NCBI GenBank assembly: GCA_003159795.1
Contig: PLPK01000018.1
Coordinates: forward strand, 1,394 to 65,393
Reading direction: 5' to 3'
Length of the DNA stretch: 64,000 nucleotides
Source: Acidimicrobiaceae bacterium
Lineage (GTDB): Bacteria > Actinomycetota > Acidimicrobiia > Acidimicrobiales > Bog-793
Positions 17,436 to 28,977 of this stretch are shown piece by piece. Numbering within the stretch: position 1 is the first letter of the stretch; the number at the start of each line of letters is the position of its first letter. Under the pieces are notes generated by a model. The model was not told the DNA's origin. It saw nothing but the letters and a program-made list of their open reading frames with translations, and did no database searches. The translations under genes were made by a program, and so were the position numbers.

Positions 17436-18463
17436 CGTTGCAACCTTTCTGCGACGGCATCGCCGATCGCCGTCGTCGTCATGTGTGACCCACGTGCCGC
17501 CATCTCGGACTGCACGTCCAGCACCGCCCTATTGATCCTCGCTCCCGCCTCATGCTCGCCGAGGAAGTCCACCATCATCGCGGCGGAACGGATGGCGGCG
17601 ATCGGGTTCGCCCGCCCGGTGCCCACGATGTCGTGGGCCGCGCCGTGGACGGGCTCGAAAAGGGACGGGCCCGTGCGCTCGGGGTTGAGGTTGGCGGACG
17701 GCGCGAGGCCGATCCCCCCCGTCACTGCGCCGGCGAGGTCGCTCAGGATGTCGCCGAACAGGTTGTCGGTGACGATGACGTCGTAGCGCTCGGGTTCGGT
17801 CGCGAGGTAGATACAGGCCGCATCGACGTGATGGTAGGCGGTGGTGATCCCCGGGAAGCCGGCGGCGACCTCGTCGACGACGCGGCCCCACAGGCCGCCC
17901 GCGTAGGTGAGGACGTTCGTCTTGTGCACGAGGGTCACGGAGTGCCGAGGCCGGGTCCGGGCGAGTTCGAAGGCGAAACGCACGCAGCGTTCCACCCCGC
18001 GGCGGGTGTTCACCGAACCCTGCGTGGCGACCTCCCAGGGGGTCCCCCTCCGGAGCAGTCCCCCCTCGCCGGCGTACGGGCCCTCCGTGTTCTCCCGGAC
18101 GATGCAGATGTCCGCGTCGGGCGCAATCGCGCCGGGAACACCTTTGCAAGGCCGGAGATTGACGTAGAGATCGAGTTCGAACCGCAGCCGGAGCAGCAGA
18201 CCCCGCTCCAGCACCCCGGCGGGCACGTCGGTCGCCCCGACCGGCGGGCCCACCGCGCCGAGCAGGATCGCGTCGTGATCCCGCAGCTCCTCGAGCACGC
18301 CGTCGGGAAGAACGTCGCCGGTGCGCGCGTAGCGCGCCGCGCCCAGGTCGTAGTCGGTCGTCTCGCAACGGACACCGGCTGACGCGATGACTTTCAGCGC
18401 CTCGGCGACGACATCGGGACCGATGCCGTCCCCGCCGATCACTGCGATGTTGAAAACCCCCAA
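17426..18463 (-). CDS. leuB: 3-isopropylmalate dehydrogenase.
   Basis: The N-terminus [14 protein letters not shown], plus [12 protein letters not shown] and the [10 protein letters not shown] motif, fit LeuB. The listed ORF extends to 18625. I trimmed it to TTG at 18463 so that the N-terminus matches the family; this start is approximate. Confidence 0.9.
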   Translation of the reverse strand: MGVFNIAVIGGDGIGPDVVAEALKVIASAGVRCETTDYDLGAARYARTGDVLPDGVLEELRDHDAILLGAVGPPVGATDVPAGVLERGLLLRLRFELDLYVNLRPCKGVPGAIAPDADICIVRENTEGPYAGEGGLLRRGTPWEVATQGSVNTRRGVERCVRFAFELARTRPRHSVTLVHKTNVLTYAGGLWGRVVDEVAAGFPGITTAYHHVDAACIYLATEPERYDVIVTDNLFGDILSDLAGAVTGGIGLAPSANLNPERTGPSLFEPVHGAAHDIVGTGRANPIAAIRSAAMMVDFLGEHEAGARINRAVLDVQSEMAARGSHMTTTAIGDAVAERLQRCR

Positions 18464-18734
18464 AACCTCTCGACTCCGATCAACCGGACCGAACGTCGGT
18501 GGGGATTCGCCTGGGGGGCGACCACCGACGTCAACGCCTCCCACGGATTGGACAAGAAGGCGCACTCGGGTCGGGCACCCACAGATACGGCGTCGGCCCG
18601 TGGCCCGACCACCATGACGGGACAAGTCTGACGGGCTGCCAGCACACGGTCAATTTGAGGCTTTCCCCAGCCACAGGGCCTGACCGGCCCGCAGCATTCG
18701 AGAGGCGGAGGCCCGACCCGGTATCCTCGAATCA

Positions 18735-19202
18735 GTGAGTGAGACGCATCTGTCCCCGGAAACGCACGCTCGGCTCGTCGAGGAGCTCGAGGACCTGACG
18801 ACGCGGGGCCGGATTGAGATCGCGCGGGCGATCGAGGCGGCCCGCGCGCTCGGCGACCTTTCGGAGAACGGCGACTACCACGCCGCCAAGGACGCCCAGG
18901 GCAAGATGGAATCACGGATCCGGCAGCTCCAGCAGATGCTGAGCTCCGCAGTCATCGTCGGCGCGTCGCTGACCGGCAACGGGGGCATCGCCGCCGGCTC
19001 GATCGTCGGCATCCGCTACGGGGACGACGAGGACGTCGAGCGTTTCCTCATCGGCTCGATCGAGGAGCGCCCCGACAACGTCGTCGTCATTTCGGTCGGA
19101 TCCCCTCTCGGACAAGCCCTCCTCGGCCATCGCGCCGGGGACCACGTCTCGTATGAGGCGCCGAACGGCCGGCTCGAGGTCGACATCGTCACGGTCGACT
19201 GA
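18735..19202 (+). CDS. greA: Transcription elongation factor GreA.
   Basis: It has a coiled-coil N-terminus with [18 protein letters not shown] and a C-terminal FKBP-like domain. The start is GTG at 18735. Confidence 0.92.
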   Translation: MSETHLSPETHARLVEELEDLTTRGRIEIARAIEAARALGDLSENGDYHAAKDAQGKMESRIRQLQQMLSSAVIVGASLTGNGGIAAGSIVGIRYGDDEDVERFLIGSIEERPDNVVVISVGSPLGQALLGHRAGDHVSYEAPNGRLEVDIVTVD

Positions 19203-19209
19203 CGCCCAC

Positions 19210-20619
19210 ATGACGCCACGCACGCTCGCGGAGAAGGTCTGGGACGACCACGTCGTGCGGCGCGGGGCGGACTCTTCCGAGCCCGACCTGCTGTACATCG
19301 ACCTCCACCTCGTCCACGAGGTCACCTCGCCGCAGGCGTTCGAGGGCCTGCGGATCGCCGGACGCCGCGTGCACCGGCCGGACCTCACGGTCGCGACCGC
19401 CGATCACAACGTCCCGACGCTGAATATCGACCACCCGGTCGCCGACCCGATCTCCAGGCGTCAGCTCGCGGTCCTGGCGGACAACTGCGCCGAGTTCGGC
19501 GTGACTTTGTACCCGATGGGCGACGCCAACCAGGGCGTGGTGCACGTCATCGGCCCCGAGCAGGGACTGACCCTTCCGGGGATGACGATCGTCTGCGGTG
19601 ACAGCCATACCTCGACGCACGGCGCCTTCGGCGCCCTCGCCTTCGGGATCGGCACGTCCGAGGTCGAGCACGTGCTCGCCACCCAGACGCTCCAGCAGAA
19701 GCGGCCGAAGCTTCTCGCCGTCGTGATCGACGGCGTCCTCTCCGGAGAAGCCACGGCGAAGGACGTCGCGCTGGCGGTCATGGCCGCACTCGGCACCGCC
19801 GGAGGGGTCGGCTACCTCCTCGAGTACCGCGGCAGTGTCGTGGAGGGCCTCTCGATGGAGGGGCGCATGACGCTCTGCAACATGTCGATCGAGGCGGGGG
19901 CGCGGGCCGGCATGGTCGCCCCCGACGACACGACGTTCGCCTACGTCGCAGGCCGCCGTTTCGCCCCGCAAGGCGCCGACTGGGAGCGGGCGCTGGAAGC
20001 CTGGCGAGCGCTCCCGACCGACGACGGCGCCGCGTTCGACCGGGTCGTCGCCATCGAGGGCTCCGCGATCCGCCCGAGCGTTACGTGGGGGACGAACCCC
20101 GCCCAGGTCGTGGCCATCGACGGGGTCGTGCCGGATCCCGACTCGTTCGGCGAGCCAGCCGCGTGCGCCTCCGCTGCCCGGGCGCTCGCCTACATGGGTC
20201 TCGCGCCCGGCACGCGCATGACCGACGTCACGGTCAACACGGTGTTCATCGGCTCGTGTACGAATTCTCGGATCGAGGATCTGCGCGCCGCCGCCGGGGT
20301 CGTCGCCGGGCGCCGCGTGTCCTCCGGAGTGCGCGCGCTTGTCGTGCCGGGGTCGCACCGCGTAAAGGAACAGGCCGAATCCGAGGGTCTCGACCGTATC
20401 TTCCGCGACGCCGGCTTCGAATGGCGCGAACCGGGATGCTCGATGTGCCTGGGCATGAACCCTGACCTGCTCGCGCCGGGTGAGAGGTGCGCGTCGACGT
20501 CGAACAGGAACTTCGAGGGAAGACAGGGTCCCGGTGGCAGGACGCATCTCGTGTCGCCGGCCGTGGCCGCAGCGACCGCGATCGCCGGGCACTTCGCGAC
20601 GCCCGATGCGCTCGGCTAA
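19210..20619 (+). CDS. leuC: 3-isopropylmalate dehydratase large subunit.
   Basis: Aconitase-family motifs are present ([41 protein letters not shown]). The ATG at 19210 lies 7 nt after the greA stop. Confidence 0.95.
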   Translation: MTPRTLAEKVWDDHVVRRGADSSEPDLLYIDLHLVHEVTSPQAFEGLRIAGRRVHRPDLTVATADHNVPTLNIDHPVADPISRRQLAVLADNCAEFGVTLYPMGDANQGVVHVIGPEQGLTLPGMTIVCGDSHTSTHGAFGALAFGIGTSEVEHVLATQTLQQKRPKLLAVVIDGVLSGEATAKDVALAVMAALGTAGGVGYLLEYRGSVVEGLSMEGRMTLCNMSIEAGARAGMVAPDDTTFAYVAGRRFAPQGADWERALEAWRALPTDDGAAFDRVVAIEGSAIRPSVTWGTNPAQVVAIDGVVPDPDSFGEPAACASAARALAYMGLAPGTRMTDVTVNTVFIGSCTNSRIEDLRAAAGVVAGRRVSSGVRALVVPGSHRVKEQAESEGLDRIFRDAGFEWREPGCSMCLGMNPDLLAPGERCASTSNRNFEGRQGPGGRTHLVSPAVAAATAIAGHFATPDALG

Positions 20620-20651
20620 GCCCGCGGCGCCGGGTCACTAGGGGGAGGGAC

Positions 20652-21248
20652 ATGGAGCCAGTACGGGTCGTCACCGGGCGGGCGCTGCCGCTCGACCGCG
20701 CCGACGTCGACACGGACCAGATCATCCCGAGTGAATGGCTGAAGCGCGTCGAGCGCACCGGCTACGAGAACGGGCTTTTCGCCGAGTGGCGACAGGACCC
20801 GGGGTTCGTCCTCAACCGACGTGAGCACGCCGGTGCCGTGATCCTCGTCGCCGGGGAGAACTTCGGCATCGGGTCGTCGCGCGAGCACGCCGTCTGGGCG
20901 CTCGTCGACCACGGGTTCCGGGCCGTCATCAGCCCCCGCATCGCCGACATCTTCAAGGGCAACTCCACCCGCTCGGGCCTTGTCCCGGCCGAGGTGACCC
21001 CCGAGGTGGGCCGACAGCTGCTCGACTCCGTCCTCGGGAACCCCGCGCTCGAGATCACCGTCGACGTGGAGCACAAGCGCATCGAGGCGGCGGGCGCCGG
21101 GATCTCCGCCCCCTTCATGATCGAGGACTCGGCCCGCGAGCGCCTGCTCGGTGGGCTCGACGACGTCGCATGCACCCTGCAGTACGCCGCTGAAATAGGG
21201 CGGTTCGAGGAGAGCCGCACGACCTGGCTCCCCCGCGTCACGATCTAG
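20652..21248 (+). CDS. leuD: 3-isopropylmalate dehydratase small subunit.
   Basis: The motifs DVDTDQIIP and GENFGIGSSREHAVWAL are present. The ATG at 20652 follows GGGGGAGGG. Confidence 0.95.
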   Translation: MEPVRVVTGRALPLDRADVDTDQIIPSEWLKRVERTGYENGLFAEWRQDPGFVLNRREHAGAVILVAGENFGIGSSREHAVWALVDHGFRAVISPRIADIFKGNSTRSGLVPAEVTPEVGRQLLDSVLGNPALEITVDVEHKRIEAAGAGISAPFMIEDSARERLLGGLDDVACTLQYAAEIGRFEESRTTWLPRVTI

Positions 21249-21345
21249 CGGCGCGCGAAAGACCCACCTGGGCGCGCCGGCGATGCCGACGCCGGCGCTG
21301 AAGCGAAAACGGGCAGCCCCAAGTCCCGCGTGACACCTACTGCTC

Positions 21346-21728
21346 GTGCTGGGCGGCGCCGGGATGATCGCCGGCTCGTGCAACTCGTGACTGACCTCGG
21401 GATCGGTCTTCAGTTCGCAGGGTGTTTCTGGCATCTTCCGCGACGAGTTCGGAGAGGTCTCGCTGATCGCCGGGATCGTCCTCACCCCCGCCGCGTTGTT
21501 GATGCTCCGCAGCGGCGCCCCTCACCTCTCGAGTAGCTCGCGACCGCCGCGGCGGGGGCCGGACTCGCCGGGGCGGGCTACTTCTGGTACTTCATGTTCC
21601 GTCTCGATCTCGTCCCTGATCTCAGACCCTTCGGCGTGTACCCCGGGTGGGGAATGCTCCTCGTGTTCCTCTCGTCCCTCGTCGCCCTCGTCGCCTCCTG
21701 CGCCATCTCCGTGTCCGGGGGCAAGTAG
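21346..21728 (+). pseudogene. Possible decayed small multi-TM membrane-protein gene. An intact 44-aa terminal ORF (21594..21728) remains.
   Basis: Two adjacent frames show high GC3 and TM-like sequence. Frame A reads ...VLGGAGMIAGSCNS*LTSGSVFSSQGVSGIFRDEFGEVSLIAGIVLTPAALLMLRSG. Frame B reads LATAAAGAGLAGAGYFWYFMFRLDLVPDLRPFGVYPGWGMLLVFLSSLVALVASCAISVSGGK*. They are interrupted by an in-frame TGA (21388) and a one-base frame change near 21537-21560. Confidence 0.3.
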
Positions 21729-21876
21729 ACGCGGGGACTGTTCGCGCCGACAACAAGTCGGCGGGGCCGCTCTTGGGCGCGCGACGCCAAGCTCCGGGGA
21801 CGCGGTGGCTTCACCCGTCTTGCGTGCTCCGTTGCGGTAATTCGCGCCCGCCGGAGCGAGCACCGAGCATCACGGC

Positions 21877-23702
<1,826 letters not shown>

Positions 23703-23711
23703 TGCCCGTTC

Positions 23712-23740
23712 AGTCTCGTTCACGGGCCGCGAGGCGTCAA
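23712..23740 (-). promoter_or_regulatory. Putative sigma-70-type promoter of the leuA leader.
   Basis: On the minus strand: TTGACG (23740-23735), a 17-nt spacer, then GAGACT (23717-23712). The -35 overlaps the stop codon of the upstream GGDEF-EAL gene. The leader ATG lies 9 nt downstream of the -10, giving a very short or absent 5' UTR. Confidence 0.4.
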
Positions 23741-26700
23741 CTCGGCGACGAGGTGGTCGCGGCGAACATCTCCGTGACCCACCTCTCGAACTCGTCGGGA
23801 CCGAGGGGGCGCGACCACAGGTAGCCCTGGCCGTACTCGCAACCGAGCTCGTGGAGGGCCACGCGCTGGTCCTGACTCTCCACGCCCTCGGCGCACAGCT
23901 CGAGCTTGAGGGTGCGGGCGAGGTTGATGATCGTCTCGACGATCGCGGCCGAGTCGGGCGACCCGATCGCCTCGATGAACGAGTGGTCGACCTTCAGCAG
24001 TCCGACGGGCAGGCGGCTGAGGTAGCTGAGCGACGACTGCCCCGTGCCGAAGTCGTCGATCGCGATCTTGATGCCGATCGCGCGCAGGTCCTCGAGCCGG
24101 CTGATCGACTTGTCGATCTCCTTCATCACCGCCGTCTCGGTGAGCTCGAGCCGCAGGCTGTCCGCGGTGGCACCGGTGGCGGCGAGCGCCCACAGGCACA
24201 TCGTGACGGGGTTCGTGAGGAGCAGTTGGCGCGACGACATGTTCACCGAGACCCAGAGGCTCTCGCAGGCCGGCAGCTCCCGGCGCCAGCGGACGACCCG
24301 GCTCAACGCCACCTCGAGCACGTGCGCCCCGATCGCCGAGATGAGGCCGCTCTGCTCGGCGACGGGGATGAACTCGTCCGGGCGGAGCAAGCCCCGGGTC
24401 GGGTGCGCCCAGCGCACGAGCGCCTCGACACCGACGAGACGGGCGCTGCCAACGGTGAGGATCGGCTGGTACAAGACGCGCAGCTCGTCACGCTCGAGGG
24501 CGAAGCGGATCTCGCGCTCGAGGTCGAAGCGGCGCTCCACCTCCTCGCGTAGCTGGTCGTCAAAGTGCTCCACGTGGTCGCGGCCCCGGTCCTTGGCGCG
24601 GTGCATTGCCGCGTCCGCCGCCCGCAGGGCGTCGTCGGCGCTCGACGAGCCGGTGACGACGGCGACGCCACAGGAGACGGTGATGTACACCGGCTGGCCG
24701 TCGGCAACGAAGGGCTCGTCGAACAGGTGGATGGCGCGCTCGGCGAAGGCGCCGGCCTCGTCCTCGTCGGCGATCCGGTCGCAGAGCACGACGAACTCGT
24801 CGCCACCGAACCGGGCGACGAGGTCCTGGGGACCGCTGCCCGCGACGAGCCGGTGGGCGACGTCGGTGAGGAGGCGGTCTCCGGAGGCGTGGCCCAGCCC
24901 GTCGTTCACGACCTTGAAGCGATCAAGATCGATCGAGAGCACGGCCGAGAGGGTCTCGTCGTTCCGGTTGCGGGCGATGACGAGGTCGAGCCGGGCCGAG
25001 AACATCTCCCGGTTGGCGAGCCCGGTGAGGGGGTCGTGCAGGGCGTTGTGCCCGAGGGCGGCCTCGGTCTTCTTCCAGCCCGTGACGTCCTGGACCTGGC
25101 AGAAGTGGTAGGTCGTCCCGTCGTCGCTGCGGATCGCCGAGACCTCGACGAGCGCCGTGACGGTCGACCCGTCGGGGCGGATGAAGTGCCGCTCACCCTG
25201 ATAGCGGCCGGCGTCGGAAGCCGTCAGCGGCTGGCCGCGGCGGGCCTCGAGGTCGCCCGCGTGGAGGAACTCGGCGAGCGCGTGCCCGAGCAGCTCCTCC
25301 TCCTCACGCCCGAGCAACCGGCACAGCGCCGAGTTGACGAGCGCGAAGCGGTCGGCGCCGTCGATCATCGCCATCCCGATGGCGCCCTGCTCGAACCCGA
25401 GACGGAAACGGTCCTCGACCCGCTTCTGCTCGCCCTCGGAGCCGCCCCGGGCCGACGCCCGCGACGTCGTCGACGAGCCGATCAGGTTGCCCGAGGAGTC
25501 GATGAGGGGCGTGACGGTGAGCGAGACCACGACCGGCGTCCCGTCCTTGCGCCGGCGGACCGTCTCGGCGAGCTCCACCCGCTTGCGCTTCATCACGCGG
25601 GAACGCACGTCGAGGACCCCGTTCAGGCGGTCGGCCGGCACGATGACGAGGGAGCTCGCCCCGACGGCCTCGAGAGCCGTGTAGCCGTAGAGGCGCTCGG
25701 CTGCCGAGTTCCAGCTCGTAATGACGCCGTCGAGCGTCTCGGAGAAGATCGCGTCGTCCGTCGACTCGAGGATCGCCGAGAGCCGGGTCGCCGACTCCTC
25801 GGCGAGCTTGCGGTCCGTGATGTCCCGCAGGTTGACGACGATGCCGATGAGCGAGGGCTCGTCGAGCCGGTTGGCGAACGTGAGCTCGGTCCAGCGGATG
25901 CTGCCGCGGGCGTCGAGGACCCGGGCCTCCGCCCGCAGCGGCGAGATCCCTCGGTTCGCGACGTCGTCGAGCAGGGCCGAGAGGTCGGCCCGGTCGTCCT
26001 CGACCACGAGCTCGCGCAGGTCCCGCCCGACGATCGTCTGCTGCGGCCAGAAGCGCTCGACGAGCTCGCTCGCCTCGCCCACGATGCCGCGGGCGTCGAG
26101 CAGCAGGTACCCCTCTCCGGCGTACTCGAGCAGCAGCCGCTCGCGGCGCTCGGCGCTCACCATCGTCTCCTGCGCCACCTGCATCTCGGTCATGTCGCGG
26201 AACGCCGTCACCACCGCGTAGGGCACTTCCTGGTCGGCGTGCACGAGCGGCGACGTCGTCGCCTCGAACCATCGCAGTTCCCCGTCACCACGCCGCACCT
26301 GCAGGAGCACCGGCGGCACCTGGCAGCGGGTCCGGCGCGCGACGGCGTCCGGGAGCTGCTCGCGCTCGAGCAGCCGGCCCGCCGCCGAGCGGATCTCGAT
26401 CCCCGCCGTCGTGAGATCGGAGGAGATGAGGACCTCGCGGGGGAGCTGGAGCATCTCGAGGGCGCGTTCGTTGGCGAGCACGACGCGTCCGGTCGCCGAC
26501 TGCACGAGGATCCCCTCGGCGATGGCGGCGAGCAGCCCTTCGACATGCGCGACCCGTCCGGCGATCTCGTCCCGGGGATCGGCGGTCTCGAAAAGCCGCG
26601 TCACCGTCGCGGCAAACTCGGTCGAGGTGAGCCCGGCGCGCTGCACCACCTCCTGGGCACCGTGGCGGCGGACCTCGTCGACAAAGCGCTGGTCCGGGTC

Positions 26701-26955
26701 CTCGACGAGCGCGATGACGACGCTCGAGGGGTAGGCGACGGTGACGTCGTCGAGGATGGCGAGTCCGTCTCGGGCCGGGGCACCGACGATGACAAGGTCG
26801 AACTCCCCGCGGTCGCCGACGAGCAGCGCCTCCGCGACCGAACTCGCGACGACCGTCTCCATGGCGATCGGGAGCGCGGCGATCAGTTCCCCGACCCCGA
26901 GCGGGTCGCGGTCGACGATCAGGATCTGGATCTGGCGTCCGTCTCGGCGCCGCAA
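23737..26955 (-). CDS. Multidomain c-di-GMP turnover protein: receiver-like domain, tandem PAS domains, GGDEF and EAL.
   Basis: The N-terminus is REC-like (IQILIVDRD ... FDLVIVG). Several PAS-like segments follow. GGDEF is intact (RFGGDEFVVL), and the EAL motifs are intact (EALVRW, IAIDDFGTGQSSLSYL). The start is TTG at 26955. Confidence 0.9.
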   Translation of the reverse strand: MRRRDGRQIQILIVDRDPLGVGELIAALPIAMETVVASSVAEALLVGDRGEFDLVIVGAPARDGLAILDDVTVAYPSSVVIALVEDPDQRFVDEVRRHGAQEVVQRAGLTSTEFAATVTRLFETADPRDEIAGRVAHVEGLLAAIAEGILVQSATGRVVLANERALEMLQLPREVLISSDLTTAGIEIRSAAGRLLEREQLPDAVARRTRCQVPPVLLQVRRGDGELRWFEATTSPLVHADQEVPYAVVTAFRDMTEMQVAQETMVSAERRERLLLEYAGEGYLLLDARGIVGEASELVERFWPQQTIVGRDLRELVVEDDRADLSALLDDVANRGISPLRAEARVLDARGSIRWTELTFANRLDEPSLIGIVVNLRDITDRKLAEESATRLSAILESTDDAIFSETLDGVITSWNSAAERLYGYTALEAVGASSLVIVPADRLNGVLDVRSRVMKRKRVELAETVRRRKDGTPVVVSLTVTPLIDSSGNLIGSSTTSRASARGGSEGEQKRVEDRFRLGFEQGAIGMAMIDGADRFALVNSALCRLLGREEEELLGHALAEFLHAGDLEARRGQPLTASDAGRYQGERHFIRPDGSTVTALVEVSAIRSDDGTTYHFCQVQDVTGWKKTEAALGHNALHDPLTGLANREMFSARLDLVIARNRNDETLSAVLSIDLDRFKVVNDGLGHASGDRLLTDVAHRLVAGSGPQDLVARFGGDEFVVLCDRIADEDEAGAFAERAIHLFDEPFVADGQPVYITVSCGVAVVTGSSSADDALRAADAAMHRAKDRGRDHVEHFDDQLREEVERRFDLEREIRFALERDELRVLYQPILTVGSARLVGVEALVRWAHPTRGLLRPDEFIPVAEQSGLISAIGAHVLEVALSRVVRWRRELPACESLWVSVNMSSRQLLLTNPVTMCLWALAATGATADSLRLELTETAVMKEIDKSISRLEDLRAIGIKIAIDDFGTGQSSLSYLSRLPVGLLKVDHSFIEAIGSPDSAAIVETIINLARTLKLELCAEGVESQDQRVALHELGCEYGQGYLWSRPLGPDEFERWVTEMFAATTSSPS

Positions 26956-27117
26956 TGCCGCGATCGCAGCCCTCCTTGTCCCTATATTCTACGGCCTACA
27001 TCTAGGTCGCATGAAACCACACCACCGGTGCGCGCGAGGTCACGTTGCGTGTGCGTGCCGCTAATCTTCGCCCGGCGCAGGTCGCCAGATCGGGCAGGAC
27101 CGGAGAAAGAGCGAGCC

Positions 27118-27366
27118 ATGAGGGCACAACGGGGTTTGCGGGCAGTACGTCTCGGCGTGATCGCCGGGCTTATCGGCGGGTTCGCGGTTGCGGCGGCGCG
27201 GTTCGTGCCGAAGCTCATCGCCCGGCGCTCCTTCAAGCGACTTGCGGCCACGAGGACGACCGAGGAGCTGTGGCCGCCCGTCCCCTCTCGGGCCGGCGGG
27301 CCGGTCCGGGTCGACGCGCCCCTCGCCGGTGGCGCTGACGACGGCGACGGTCCCGAGGGCGAGTGA
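27118..27366 (+). CDS. Hypothetical small membrane protein (82 aa).
   Basis: The ATG at 27118 lies downstream of GGAGAAAGAG. There is one TM segment (LGVIAGLIGGFAVAAARFV). Codon bias is acceptable. It forms the 3' end of the long junk ORF 24565..27366. Confidence 0.45.
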   Translation: MRAQRGLRAVRLGVIAGLIGGFAVAAARFVPKLIARRSFKRLAATRTTEELWPPVPSRAGGPVRVDAPLAGGADDGDGPEGE

Positions 27367-27367
27367 G

Positions 27368-28930
27368 CTAGACCGTCGTGACCTCGTAGACGTCGAGGAT
27401 CCCCGGGGCGCGGCGCAGCTTGTCGAGGACCTCGACGGGAACCGACCGGTCCGTCGCCAGCACCATGAGGGCCGTGTTCCCTCCCGCGGTCTGGCCGACG
27501 GCCATGTTCACGATGCTGATCCCGACGTCACCGAGCGCGGTGCCGACGAGGCCGATCTTGCCCGGACGGTCGTCGTTGCGCACGACGACCATTACCTCCG
27601 CCGGTGGCACCTCGACGGCGTGCGCGTCCAGGTCGACGATGCGCGGCTCCCCGCCGACGAGCGTGCCGGAGATCGAGTGGCGCGACGACCGGACGGTGAC
27701 CACGCTCACCCGGTACGGCGAGCTCGCCGTCTGGGTCTCGTGCAGGACGAGGCCCCGCTCCTCGGCGACCCGGCGCGCGTTCACGTACGAGACGGGGTCG
27801 TCGGCCACGGCCGCGAACAGGCCCTTCAGGACGGCGAGGGTGAGGATGCTCACGTCTTCGCCGGCGAGGGTGCCCTGGCACTCGACGGTGAGCTCGTCGG
27901 GCAGCCCGCCCGAGAGCGAGGCGATGAAGCGGCCGAGGATCTCCGAGATGCCGAGGAACGGGCGAACCGTCTCGGACACGGCTCCCGCGTCGACGTTCAC
28001 CGCGAACGGCACGAAATCCCCCGCCAGCGCCAGCACGACCTGCTCGGCAATCTGCTCGCCCGCCTTGTCCTGCGCCTCATTCGTGCTCGCGCCGAGGTGC
28101 GGCGTGACGACGACGCTGGGCAGCGTGAACAGCGGCGAGGCCGTCGTCGGCTCGGCGGCGAAGACGTCGATCGCGGCGCCGCCAACGCGGCCCTCACGAA
28201 TCGCCTCGGCGAGCGCCTCCTCGTCGATGATCCCGCCCCGGGCGGCGTTCACGATGCGTACGCCGGGCTTGGCGAGCCCGAGCAGCTCCCGGCCGAACAG
28301 CCCGACGGTCTCCGGGTTCTTCGGCAGGTGGATCGTGATGAAGTCGCACCGGCTGACGAGATCCTCGAGGCTCGTGAGTTCCACTCCCATCCGCTTCGCC
28401 CGCTCGGGGGCGACGTAGGGGTCGTGGGCGACGAGGTGCATCCCGAAGCCGAGCGCCCGCTGCGCGACGAGGGCGCCGATCCGCCCGAGCCCGACGACGC
28501 CGAGCGTCTTGCCGTGGAGCTCCACGCCCTCCCATTTCGCCCGTTCCCAGCGGCCGGCGACGAGGGCGGCGTGGGCCTGGGGGATGTTGCGCGCCTGGGC
28601 GAGGAGTAGCGCGATCGTCAGTTCCGCCGCCGACAGGATGTTCGACTCGGGCGCGTTCACGACCATGACCCCGCGCCGCGTCGCCTCGGGAACGTCGATG
28701 TTGTCGAGGCCGACGCCGGCCCGCCCCACGACGACGAGGTCGCGCCCCGCGGCGAGCACGGCGGCGTTCACCTTGGTCGCCGAGCGGATCACCAGGGCGT
28801 GTGCCCCGGGGAGCGCCTCCAGGAGCTCAGCGGGTGTGAGCCCGAGCCGGACGTCGACCTCGTACCCGGCCGCCGTCATGGCGTCGAGCCCGCGCGCCGA
28901 GAGCGCTTCGGTGACGAGGATGCGGGTCAT
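27368..28930 (-). CDS. serA: D-3-phosphoglycerate dehydrogenase (long form with ASB and ACT domains).
   Basis: The N-terminus MTRILVTEALSARGLD, the NAD-binding motif GVVGLGRIGALVAQR, and the C-terminal ACT-like domain all fit SerA. The start is trimmed to ATG at 28930. Confidence 0.93.
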   Translation of the reverse strand: MTRILVTEALSARGLDAMTAAGYEVDVRLGLTPAELLEALPGAHALVIRSATKVNAAVLAAGRDLVVVGRAGVGLDNIDVPEATRRGVMVVNAPESNILSAAELTIALLLAQARNIPQAHAALVAGRWERAKWEGVELHGKTLGVVGLGRIGALVAQRALGFGMHLVAHDPYVAPERAKRMGVELTSLEDLVSRCDFITIHLPKNPETVGLFGRELLGLAKPGVRIVNAARGGIIDEEALAEAIREGRVGGAAIDVFAAEPTTASPLFTLPSVVVTPHLGASTNEAQDKAGEQIAEQVVLALAGDFVPFAVNVDAGAVSETVRPFLGISEILGRFIASLSGGLPDELTVECQGTLAGEDVSILTLAVLKGLFAAVADDPVSYVNARRVAEERGLVLHETQTASSPYRVSVVTVRSSRHSISGTLVGGEPRIVDLDAHAVEVPPAEVMVVVRNDDRPGKIGLVGTALGDVGISIVNMAVGQTAGGNTALMVLATDRSVPVEVLDKLRRAPGILDVYEVTTV

Positions 28931-28977
28931 TGTTCGTCTCCCCCGTGCTTGTTGGTGTGACCCCGATCGCCCGGGGA

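Noticed and set aside
21337-21863. Acidic minus-strand ORFs 21337..21525 (62 aa) and 21522..21863 (113 aa, GDEGDEGREEHEEH...) in the leuD-leuA spacer.
   Set aside because: GC3 bias is only moderate. Their sequences are the complement of + strand frames that have much stronger coding bias and TM-like peptides, so they are probably shadows.
24565-27366. A 933-aa + strand ORF opposite the GGDEF-EAL gene.
   Set aside because: It is an antisense shadow. Only its last 82 codons (27118..27366), which lie beyond the end of the minus-strand gene, look like a possible real small gene.
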